DNA from: an uncultured Bacillota bacterium
GTDB taxonomy: Bacteria > Bacillota_I > Bacilli_A > RFN20 > CAG-288
Direction: 5' to 3'
DNA length: 64,000 nucleotides
Assembly: GCA_949290645.1 (NCBI GenBank)
Contig: CASESG010000001.1
Span: 5,104 to 69,103 of the forward strand
A program made the translations under genes and the position numbers. Below, in pieces: positions 53,831-61,955 of this stretch. The notes below the pieces were generated by a model. It was not told the origin of the DNA. It did no database searches and saw only the letters and a program-made list of their open reading frames with translations. Every line of letters starts with the position of its first letter. The stretch's first letter is position 1.

Positions 53831-54461
53831 GTAGAAGACGAATCTGAAATCACAATACTACCAAACTCGACGACTATCAGTTCGAGCGGGTCTACCGTAG
53901 AAGACGAATCTGAAATCACAATACTACCAAACCGGGGATGACGGGAACTATCAGGGCGACATGTAGAAGACGAATCTGAAATCACAATACTACCAAACTT
54001 TCTGATACCAGTATTCGAGAACGATTTTGTAGAAGACGAATCTGAAATCACAATACTACCAAACAAATGCCGACTGAAAGACTTAGCAATCAAGGTAGAA
54101 GACGAATCTGAAATCACAATACTACCAAACCCAAGCCGTTGTCAAATGTTGGCCCTATGGGTAGAAGACGAATCTGAAATCACAATACTACCAAACTCTC
54201 TCCAATAGTTTTAGGAAGGTCCGTATGTAGAAGACGAATCTGAAATCACAATACTACCAAACTATTTCCGCAAATTGAATCCGCTCTCGTCTGTAGAAGA
54301 CGAATCTGAAATCACAATACTACCAAACATATAGAGTTCCGTTCACTGTCGTGTTCTTGTAGAAGACGAATCTGAAATCACAATACTACCAAACATGTCT
54401 TCACCGTTGTAACTTTTAGGCATGAGTAGAAGACGAATCTGAAATCACAATACTACCAAAC
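53831..54461 (-). CRISPR. CRISPR array: 10 identical 36-bp repeats and 9 spacers (eight of 30 bp, one of 31 bp)
   Basis: The + strand repeat is GTAGAAGACGAATCTGAAATCACAATACTACCAAAC, at 53831, 53897, 53963, 54029, 54095, 54161, 54227, 54293, 54359 and 54426. Its reverse complement GTTTGGTAG...CTAC has the GTTT...AC polarity of type II-A repeats, so transcription is inferred on the minus strand from the csn2-proximal end. Confidence 0.97.
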
Positions 54462-54509
54462 CTCAATTGATGAGATTTTCAGTGGTTTTTTGCGATTTCC
54501 TATATTATT

Positions 54510-55208
54510 TTAGTTTTCCTTGTCATTGATTGCAATGTGTTGTTCATACAGATCTTCATCGATTCGGATGACTCTTTCACTTGTCGAATTGATGTCTTTT
54601 ATATGACTGGACAGAAGGAGAAAAGAGATTTCTGCACGCCTCATCTCCTGTTGGAAGAGATGAAATTCTTCTTTGTCCAGAAAATCGTGAAGGTTGTAGA
54701 AGAGAAAGACTTCCTTTTTATAGACATGTCGGATGAGACGGATTTTCATGACCAGGTTTTCGAGCCAATTCTCTTCTTGAAGAAGAGGGGCAAGGGCAAA
54801 GGCCTTGAGAATGGTAGTGAGGGAGGTTTCGTTGTCGATGGTTAGAGGGACGGGATAGTCATAGAGAGTCTCATGCAGGAATTCCTGAAGCCTGTTCGTG
54901 ATATCCTGGAAGGAATCCTTTTGTTCGTCGCTCAAGCGGGAAGGGATGTCTTTCTGAAGAAAGGTTCCGATCTTCTTGTCATCCAAAGGACAGTGGAAGA
55001 CATCGAAGAGAAAGAAACCGACTTTCGAGAAGTCCTTTTCCTTGCCGTTATCAAAGTAGTGGAAGAATTCCTCTCCTTCTTCCAGCTGTGTCTCGATTCC
55101 GTGAAGAAAATAGCGAAGCAAGGAAGTGTTTTCGATGACGAGATGTGTCGTTTTCTCTCCATCGAGTGTCAGTTCGGCCTCGATTCTGTGATGCTTCAGC
55201 GTTTTCAT
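54510..55208 (-). CDS. csn2: Csn2 (type II-A adaptation protein)
   Basis: 232-aa ORF immediately downstream of cas2 (4-nt overlap) and 48 bp from the array. Size and position fit Csn2. Sequence similarity was judged only loosely by eye. Confidence 0.75.
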   Translation of the reverse strand: MKTLKHHRIEAELTLDGEKTTHLVIENTSLLRYFLHGIETQLEEGEEFFHYFDNGKEKDFSKVGFFLFDVFHCPLDDKKIGTFLQKDIPSRLSDEQKDSFQDITNRLQEFLHETLYDYPVPLTIDNETSLTTILKAFALAPLLQEENWLENLVMKIRLIRHVYKKEVFLFYNLHDFLDKEEFHLFQQEMRRAEISFLLLSSHIKDINSTSERVIRIDEDLYEQHIAINDKEN

Positions 55209-55543
55209 AATTCGACGACTTTCTTGTCCGTGTGGACGATGTCGGTCGTGAATTCGCCCAAGAGGTTTTCGATCCCGGCGAACTGCTTCTCCGTGACGGT
55301 CAGAAGGGAGACCATTCCCTTGGGAGGAAGGTGGGCATCGATGGCCTTTCTCATCCGGTCGATCGCCGCATCGTTGACGGAGAGTTTGACATAGACGGAT
55401 TCCTGAAACATGATGAAACCGATGCTCTTGAGAAACTTCACGAACTGGCGGTAATGCCTTCGGTTTGCTGCGGTCAACGTCGGAAGGTCGAACATCAGGA
55501 TGGATCGCATATATCTATAGGTGCTCATCTGCGAATGTGACAT
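55205..55543 (-). CDS. cas2: Cas2
   Basis: STYRYMRSILMFDLPT...FQESVYVK is the typical Cas2 N-terminus. The true start is possibly ATG 55528. Confidence 0.9.
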   Translation of the reverse strand: MSHSQMSTYRYMRSILMFDLPTLTAANRRHYRQFVKFLKSIGFIMFQESVYVKLSVNDAAIDRMRKAIDAHLPPKGMVSLLTVTEKQFAGIENLLGEFTTDIVHTDKKVVEL

Positions 55544-56390
55544 TCAATAGAAGCTCAGGACGTTCTTCATTGATGGCATTGATGGCCGAGCAGACGAAAC
55601 CATGGATGGCATTGTCCAGGAGCATCTTTCTTTCTCCGCAGCGAACCATTGTCGAGAGGACATCCAACATCTGGGAGTTGAATTCTTCTTTTTTGAAATC
55701 AGGTTCCAAGGCTTTCGCATCGACAAAAGGTCGCAAAGGTTCCATCAAGTCACAGCCGAAGTTGAATGGGTTGCTCTCGCCGATGTGATGGATTCCGAAT
55801 TGGGGAAGGTATCCCAGCGCAGCGATTTCCCGATTTACGGCGCTTAGAATGATGGAATATCCGTAGTCGAGATAGACATTCTCTTCGCAGGAAAAGTCTC
55901 TTCGGTCGAAGGCTGGTCCGAACAGCATAGGGAAATAGACTTTCGCTGCCAATCCTTCCCGGTTCTCCTTGTCTCCCTCTTGGACCTCTTGCTCATAGGT
56001 GTCCAGAAACGACGAGTCCTTTCCACGCTTTCTCAGAAGTCCTGCTTGGTTATGAATCTTCTGTTGTACGATCCCTTTCCAGACCTTGTCCTTGATTTCC
56101 TGAGACCATTCGATCTGCTTCTTGATCTTCTTGTAGGAATCCTTCGATCCGGCATAGGGTTGGATTTCTCCAGAGGGATTGTGCTTGGAATCGCAGAAGA
56201 TGACGCGGATGTGATGATTCAGGAGTTCGGAAATCAATGCGGTCGTCACGCAGACCTGCTGACTTTCGACGATGAGGATGGAAATCTCATCGAGAAGGAT
56301 CTTGGTCTCGGCATCTTTCATGCACACGAGATAGTTGAGTCGTGTCTCAAGCTTGCAGCGGCTGTTGATCTTCACGATGCGAAAAGCCAT
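55515..56390 (-). CDS. cas1: Cas1
   Basis: 291 aa with a type II Cas1-like sequence (FRIVKINSRCKLETRLNYL...GIHHIGESNPFNFGCDLMEPLRPFVD). Confidence 0.9.
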   Translation of the reverse strand: MAFRIVKINSRCKLETRLNYLVCMKDAETKILLDEISILIVESQQVCVTTALISELLNHHIRVIFCDSKHNPSGEIQPYAGSKDSYKKIKKQIEWSQEIKDKVWKGIVQQKIHNQAGLLRKRGKDSSFLDTYEQEVQEGDKENREGLAAKVYFPMLFGPAFDRRDFSCEENVYLDYGYSIILSAVNREIAALGYLPQFGIHHIGESNPFNFGCDLMEPLRPFVDAKALEPDFKKEEFNSQMLDVLSTMVRCGERKMLLDNAIHGFVCSAINAINEERPELLLNVTFADEHL

Positions 56391-56394
56391 GGCG

Positions 56395-59300
56395 TCAATC
56401 CTCTGGAACCTGGAAGAGGACCTTCTCGTAGAAGCCTGTCACGGATTGGGCGATGAACAAAGTGTTTGCTGGAATTGATTTTCCAAGAACGATTTTTCCT
56501 GAATTTGGCACTAATTGTCGGGAAAGGTAAGTTAAATTCGCACCACTATTGTTTTTCTGAAGAATTTTCACGAGTTCATTAAGAAACTGCTCTTGTTGGA
56601 TTGTTGGTAAATCGTCAAACAAGGAACGATTGGTTTTGACGTCACAAATCGTTGTTTTGATTCCTGAAAGAAGCGCAAAGCAGGGACGTTTGAAGACATC
56701 ATCGCAGAGATAGTCGAAGAATTTATTGTTTTCTTCTCTTGTCAGTTTGAATCCTTTGAAAGTTATAGGACCATAGGAGTTGGCGTATTTGGAAAGATCG
56801 GCGCATTCTCCTTTCGGAAGGCCATTTCCAAGCAGAACGGATATTGCTTTGACATATTTTATCATTTCTTCGGGCAACCAAAGTTGCGAGAGATTACAGG
56901 CTACGAAACTAGGGCCCGTCTTTCCGTTGATTGCGATACGGACGGCCTTGCTCTTGTCGTTTTCGTCAGGATGGAGTTCGATCACGGACTTGATCAAGAC
57001 TTTCGGAAGGATGATGACAGGGTTCTTCAGCTTCGGTCCGATTTCGTTCTTTGTGAGATAGTCCGTGACGAATTTTTCATCGGATGCTTTCTCTTGGAAG
57101 ACGGCGGGTATGTTCTCGAGAGAGTAGATGTGCTTTCCTTTCTTTCCTTCGGATTTCACGAGCATGAAGAAGGGAGCGGTAAGGTCGTTGTAACCACCAT
57201 ATTTGCTTGCGAAATCCTTCTGTGACAAGACGCCATTTTGCTTCAGAGGAAGAACGGCTTTTTCCTGAGTAGAATTGATGCTGACTTTTCGGAAGAGCCC
57301 AGGCTGTTTGTGTGGCAGGATGGTGACAAGAGGATCGTGGAGCTGAAGATTGGCACGGACAAGGTCGATCGTTCCTTCGGAGTTCGGGTCTTCCGTCTTG
57401 TAGGTGGCATCAAGATAACGTTTTGCTTTCCAGACTTTGGCACCGGTTTGATGACCATAACCGATGATGTGATACTTGTCTTTCTTGAAGAAGTGCTCAG
57501 GATCGATCTTGGTCCCTTCGTAGTATTCTTTTTGCTTGCGAAGCTTTTTGACGTCGAAGGAACCGGAGAAGACCTTGTCGTAGACGTTCCCGACCACGAT
57601 GTTGAGATAGGCATCGTGGGCATGGTGGAAGTCGTTGACGTCCCGGCATTTGACAAGGTCGAAGGCTTTTCGGAATTCGCTGACGGTGCTGGCCTTGGAG
57701 TAGACGATGCGGCTTTCCGGGTCGATCTGCTTGAGGATGTCGCACGTCGCCTTGACGCTCTGGCTTGTGATGACGAGCTGGCGATTGACGAAGCCGACGA
57801 GTTCTTCCTCGGTCAGTGGCTTCGATTCCGGGCGCATCAGACGTTCATATTTTGTCTTTGACATCAAAAGATGCTTGTGGCTCTTGTCCATCTTGGAATA
57901 AAGGAACTTGATATGCTCTCTTCCTTTATTTGTCAAGACTCCATTTGGTATTGGGTATTGATCGGATTTTTTGTTGTTTCTTTCCTTTCTGACCAGGACG
58001 CGGTTGTCCAGGCTGTCGTCTTTGACCTTGGCCCGGGGAATGATGTGATCGATGTCGTAGTCCTTCAGTTCGTTGAGATCGATTCTCTCGCCGGTATAGA
58101 CGTCCTTTCCGCACTGGAGGAAGTAGAGGAAGAGTTTGTCGCTTCTTAGTTCGCTCTCCTCCTTTCCCTCCAAAAGGGAATAAAGGTCGGCCTCTTCCTT
58201 GACGAAGTGACAGGCCTTGTAGAGGGCCTCAAGCTGTTTCTTTCGGGACGTGGTCCGTTTCTTCTTGGATGCATCCTTGCGCTTCTGGTCGTCTCTTGTG
58301 CATTCGATGAAATAGGTGTCGAAATGATCTATGCCGAGAATCCTTTTCAGCTCGGCCACGATCTTCGTGGTCTGTCGCAGGGCTCTCTTCATGGCCGGGG
58401 AGCAGTATTGGGCGTCGATGATGTCTTTTTCTCCATCCTCTCCCAAGGTCTCCTTGTTCCTATCCTCGACTTGTTCCTTGAAGCTGAAGGCCTCCTTCGT
58501 CTCATAGATTTCCTGGAAGGACAGGGGGAACTCCCTCATCAGTTCCAGGATCGTCATGTCTTTCTCTTCTCCGGTGTTCTCGTCGACGACAGGGGATTTC
58601 AATCCGTCCAGAAGGAACTTGGACATCCTTCCCCAGCCCTTGTAGCGGAGGGAAGAGAAGTAACGGACTTGCGAGGCGGAAAGACCGAGGCTTTGGAGCT
58701 GTTCTTCTCTCATCTTCCGATCTTCGAAGACGGTCAGGGCTTCGATGACCTCCTCGGCTTTCTCGAATGTTTCCTGATTCGTCCAGAATCTTTCGCCAAA
58801 GCCCCTGGGATTCTCCATGTCGATGAAGGGGGCAAGATTGGCATGCATGTCTTCCTCGAGCAATTCCTTCCCAGTCCTTGTCGTAAGGTCGATCTCGTCT
58901 TCGCTCTTGGCGTTGTATTTTTGGCGTAGGGCCTTGATGAGAGAGCTCCGCTTCGGATTTTTCGTCGTGAGGTAGACATTCTCGATGAGATATTCCTTGT
59001 CTTCCTTGGAAAGTTTCTTTCCGTTGAGCAGCCAGTTGTTCATCTCGTTGTAGAGGACGAAGAGGGAATAGCGAAGGGAAAATCGAGGCAGGGTCGGCTC
59101 ACCGTAAAGGTAGGTGCAGGTGTTGGTCATCCTCTTGATGAATTCTTGCGAGCTTCGATTCTCGTCCACGACCTCGTGGAAGTTCCAAGGAGTGATCTTC
59201 ACGTCCTCTTGTTTTCTCATCATCCATGCGGTCTTGGCTTCTTTAGAAAGAGGCCCGACATAGTAAGGGATTTTGTAGGAAAGCAGGGACAGGATCTTGT

Positions 59301-60798
59301 AGCACCTTTCGTTCGGATGGAGGAAGTCGACATCTTCCTCCCCGAGGAAGGGATAGTACCTCTTCTGGTTGTCGAGGATGGTTTTCATCTCGTTGTAGTT
59401 CAGCTGATAGGGAAGGACGGAATTGTTCTTGCTGTTCTGCTTCGGGAGGAATTCATTGGCTTCCAGAATGGGCTTGATCTCCGACCAGGTCTTCTGATCG
59501 GCCTCGTCGAAGAGATTTTCCTTCGCACTGAGCTCTTTGAGAATTTCCTTGCAGAGATCTTCCTGGCTGACCAGATGCTGAAGCGCGATTTCCTTCTTTC
59601 CGTTGTTCCTCCGGTTGTAGGCGACATAGTTGACGTAGTTCTTCAGACATTTCTTCTTGTCCTGGACAGGTCCGGAAGTCTTGAAGAATTCCTTGTATTT
59701 CTCCGGAAGATAGGTGCGATAGAAGCGCTTGAGAATGCCCAAGTGCTTTCTGTGCGTGTCATAGATGTCGACCATCGCATCGGTCAGGGAAGGCTTTCCC
59801 TTCAGGATGTGGCTGAGGATCCGGAAATCCCGGCTTTCCTTGGCCTTGAGAATCAACCGGCCCTGGACTTCGTTGAGGAGATCGAGCTTGACGTCGATGG
59901 TTTCGTCGAAATCCGCATCCTCGAAGTTGATTTTCTGCTCCTTCCGTTCCTCGTCTTCCTTGTATTCCGGGAAGAGGTCGCCAAGACCTTTCTTGGAACC
60001 ATTAATCAGTTCCAGAAGCGGCTGACGGATGTCGTATTCCTCCCCAGAATTCTTGTAGACGATGCCTCTTTCCGCTTCCTTCTCCTTGAGCATCTTGATT
60101 CCGGACTCCTCTTGGAAAAGCTTGCAGAGCTCCTCAGCCTGCTCTTTGGTCATATGGAAAAGGGCTGGGGAAGACTCCTCCAAGGGAAGCTCTTTCAGGA
60201 TTGCATCGATTTCGTCAAAGTCTGCCTTCAATTTCTCTGCGCTTGTCGAGGAGCCGGAGATCTCGCCCTCTGTCAGGAAGTTCCCGCGATACTTGATCAT
60301 GTGGGCCAGGACAAGATAGATTTCCCTCAGATCGAATTTTTGGTTTGGATTCTGGATCATCCTCTGGCGCAGATGGTAGATGGTCGGATATTCCGTTCGA
60401 AATTTCTTCTCCTTTTCGTGGTCTGCGAAAAGGAGCGACATCGACCGGATGTCTTCGTTCTTGTCTTCCCGATGGAAGAAGGAGGAATTCAAACGCTCGA
60501 AGAAGTGCGGATCGACCTTGTCCATTTCGGGATGGAAGATCTCTTGCAAAAGCAGGAGACGCATCCTTCTTCGTTGAAGCCTTCTCCGGGCGGCACGATG
60601 CGACCTTCTTTCCTTTGCCGTCTGGGCCTCGTCAAAGAGCCGTGCTCCCCAGAGATGCTTCTTTGTGGAATATTTCTTGTTGTCCAGGCCGTATCGAACG
60701 GCTCTTTTCGTGATGATGCTGTAGTCTTGATCCGTGACACAAAAGCCGACAGAGTCGGTCCCGATATCCAGGCCCAGATAGTATTTTTTGCTTTCCAT
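56395..60798 (-). CDS. cas9: Cas9 (type II-A), about 1467 aa
   Basis: RuvC-I YYLGLDIGTDSVGF, HNH DYDIDHIIPRAKVKDDSLDNRVLV...NNKKSD, RuvC-III DVNDFHHAHDAYLN. Start chosen at ATG 60798 (MESKKYYLGLD); the track start at 60825 is a TTG. Confidence 0.95.
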   Translation of the reverse strand: MESKKYYLGLDIGTDSVGFCVTDQDYSIITKRAVRYGLDNKKYSTKKHLWGARLFDEAQTAKERRSHRAARRRLQRRRMRLLLLQEIFHPEMDKVDPHFFERLNSSFFHREDKNEDIRSMSLLFADHEKEKKFRTEYPTIYHLRQRMIQNPNQKFDLREIYLVLAHMIKYRGNFLTEGEISGSSTSAEKLKADFDEIDAILKELPLEESSPALFHMTKEQAEELCKLFQEESGIKMLKEKEAERGIVYKNSGEEYDIRQPLLELINGSKKGLGDLFPEYKEDEERKEQKINFEDADFDETIDVKLDLLNEVQGRLILKAKESRDFRILSHILKGKPSLTDAMVDIYDTHRKHLGILKRFYRTYLPEKYKEFFKTSGPVQDKKKCLKNYVNYVAYNRRNNGKKEIALQHLVSQEDLCKEILKELSAKENLFDEADQKTWSEIKPILEANEFLPKQNSKNNSVLPYQLNYNEMKTILDNQKRYYPFLGEEDVDFLHPNERCYKILSLLSYKIPYYVGPLSKEAKTAWMMRKQEDVKITPWNFHEVVDENRSSQEFIKRMTNTCTYLYGEPTLPRFSLRYSLFVLYNEMNNWLLNGKKLSKEDKEYLIENVYLTTKNPKRSSLIKALRQKYNAKSEDEIDLTTRTGKELLEEDMHANLAPFIDMENPRGFGERFWTNQETFEKAEEVIEALTVFEDRKMREEQLQSLGLSASQVRYFSSLRYKGWGRMSKFLLDGLKSPVVDENTGEEKDMTILELMREFPLSFQEIYETKEAFSFKEQVEDRNKETLGEDGEKDIIDAQYCSPAMKRALRQTTKIVAELKRILGIDHFDTYFIECTRDDQKRKDASKKKRTTSRKKQLEALYKACHFVKEEADLYSLLEGKEESELRSDKLFLYFLQCGKDVYTGERIDLNELKDYDIDHIIPRAKVKDDSLDNRVLVRKERNNKKSDQYPIPNGVLTNKGREHIKFLYSKMDKSHKHLLMSKTKYERLMRPESKPLTEEELVGFVNRQLVITSQSVKATCDILKQIDPESRIVYSKASTVSEFRKAFDLVKCRDVNDFHHAHDAYLNIVVGNVYDKVFSGSFDVKKLRKQKEYYEGTKIDPEHFFKKDKYHIIGYGHQTGAKVWKAKRYLDATYKTEDPNSEGTIDLVRANLQLHDPLVTILPHKQPGLFRKVSINSTQEKAVLPLKQNGVLSQKDFASKYGGYNDLTAPFFMLVKSEGKKGKHIYSLENIPAVFQEKASDEKFVTDYLTKNEIGPKLKNPVIILPKVLIKSVIELHPDENDKSKAVRIAINGKTGPSFVACNLSQLWLPEEMIKYVKAISVLLGNGLPKGECADLSKYANSYGPITFKGFKLTREENNKFFDYLCDDVFKRPCFALLSGIKTTICDVKTNRSLFDDLPTIQQEQFLNELVKILQKNNSGANLTYLSRQLVPNSGKIVLGKSIPANTLFIAQSVTGFYEKVLFQVPED

Positions 60799-60806
60799 GA
60801 GGTGAT

Positions 60807-60835
60807 TTGACTCCTTTTCGTGCAACTGGTATCAT
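60807..60835 (+). promoter_or_regulatory. Candidate promoter of the tracrRNA
   Basis: TTGACT (60807-60812), 17-nt spacer, TATCAT (60830-60835). Divergent from cas9. Confidence 0.5.
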
Positions 60836-60840
60836 TATAA

Positions 60841-60924
60841 GCGTAATCACAATACAAGTCCAAATAAGCAGAAATGCCAAAACTCGAGCCTGTTGTCAGG
60901 CACATGCCCTTCGGGGCATTTTTT
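60841..60924 (+). ncRNA. Predicted tracrRNA (about 84 nt)
   Basis: Anti-repeat AATCACAATAC (60845-60855) is perfectly complementary to crRNA repeat nt 9-19, and CCAAAT pairs with repeat nt 1-6 across an internal loop. This is followed by CAAGTCCAAATAAGCAGAAATGCC (nexus-like, compare Spy CAAGUUAAAAUAAGGCUAGUCCG) and the terminator ATGCCC-ttcg-GGGCAT plus a T-run (60904-60924). The 5' end is inferred from the promoter. Confidence 0.75.
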
Positions 60925-61184
60925 GATTTTGATGGGGAATTCCGAAAATCATCCTTTTGCATCGAGGCACCGATTTTTGGTGGATAATCAGCAATGGAGT
61001 GTCATTTCTTTGGAAGGAGAGGACGAGGAATTCTGTTCACAAAAGCAGAGCCTGAAAGATCTTCCGCACTTCAGCAAAAGACAAAACATATGTTTTTCCG
61101 AAGCTGAGGCCATATACTACGTACGACTTGCGAATCGCCTCAAAGAGTGGAACATTCTCCGCCGAAGGAGTTTTCAAGGAGGAT

Positions 61185-61493
61185 ATGTCAGGAGTGTCTC
61201 AAACGATGAACGGGAATCGGACAGAAAGCGAAAGAATCAGCTGGATTGTGGCTGAGGTCTCTTCGATGATCGCAAAGGAGACAGGAATGTCGCAAATGGA
61301 TTCCTTCTTCTTGTTCAGCCATTCGAAGACGCACGCGATGCTTCTCGACAACTCGATGGAGATGTGGTTTTCCAGCCCCAAGCGATTCTTGAGATCTATC
61401 ATTCCGAGGTTGATACCGGAGATCCGAGGAATTCTCCATACATTTCGGAGGCATGAAACATGGATCGTCCATTCGTATTTTTCGTCTATCTGA
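61185..61493 (+). CDS. Possible DUF3791-like small protein (start uncertain)
   Basis: ...SMIAKETGMSQMDSFFLFSHSKTHAMLLDNSMEMWFSSPKRF loosely resembles DUF3791-type proteins as I recall them. A competing 160-aa ORF lies on the minus strand. Confidence 0.3.
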   Translation: MSGVSQTMNGNRTESERISWIVAEVSSMIAKETGMSQMDSFFLFSHSKTHAMLLDNSMEMWFSSPKRFLRSIIPRLIPEIRGILHTFRRHETWIVHSYFSSI

Positions 61494-61678
61494 TCGAGAG
61501 CTATTCCGAGCATCGAGGAAGAGAGCCCTCCTCCGTCTTGGAAGAACTCAAGCAGAAGAACCTCACTTCCTTCGTCTTTGACATATACGAAATGTATCAC
61601 ACCGAATCCCTCGAAAATGCGTTTCGGGATATCGACTCGTTGTTGAAGACCGGACATCCTCTTTCGGATAATTCTTGA
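61460..61678 (+). CDS. DUF3791-like small protein (72 aa)
   Basis: FFVYLIESYSEHRGREPSSVLEELKQKNLTSFVFDIYEMYHTESLENAFRDIDSLL fits the F.VYCIE.Y....g.S..EV..LF.....YI...YE.LHT......DID pattern recalled for DUF3791. Confidence 0.5.
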   Translation: MDRPFVFFVYLIESYSEHRGREPSSVLEELKQKNLTSFVFDIYEMYHTESLENAFRDIDSLLKTGHPLSDNS

Positions 61679-61955
61679 CAATCACTTCCGTCCCCTTCCT
61701 TGTCCGATTTTGATTTTGGCTGTGGTTCTTTTGCGACATAAACTTTCCTAAAAAGGAGGGAAATTGCAAGTTCCTTGCCATAAGTGCTGCATGGTGCCAA
61801 CTTATTTCTCTTCCCAGTCGATAAGCAGTTCTTTCGCGGAGAATGGACACGATCGAACTCAGGCGTTGGTTTGAGATCATGTCCCAATGCCTTTCTTGTG
61901 TGCCGAAACGAAAAAGAGGCTGCCTGGATTTTTCCAAGCAGCCCGTTTGTCTTTT

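Noticed and set aside
53806-54117. 103-aa minus-strand ORF with a reiterated GSIVISDSSST peptide
   Set aside because: It is simply the translation of the CRISPR repeats and spacers.
61199-61681. 160-aa minus-strand ORF as the real gene in the tracrRNA-proximal gap, and as a possible anti-CRISPR
   Set aside because: I recognise no motif in it, whereas the + strand 72-aa ORF fits a remembered DUF3791 pattern. The question remains unresolved and is recorded as a low-interest finding.
61764-61874. AAGGAGG followed 4 nt later by TTG and a 36-codon ORF (LQVPCHKCCMVPTYFSSQ...) between convergent genes
   Set aside because: It is too short, uses a non-ATG start, has no homology I can recognise, and lies in a terminator-rich convergent gap.
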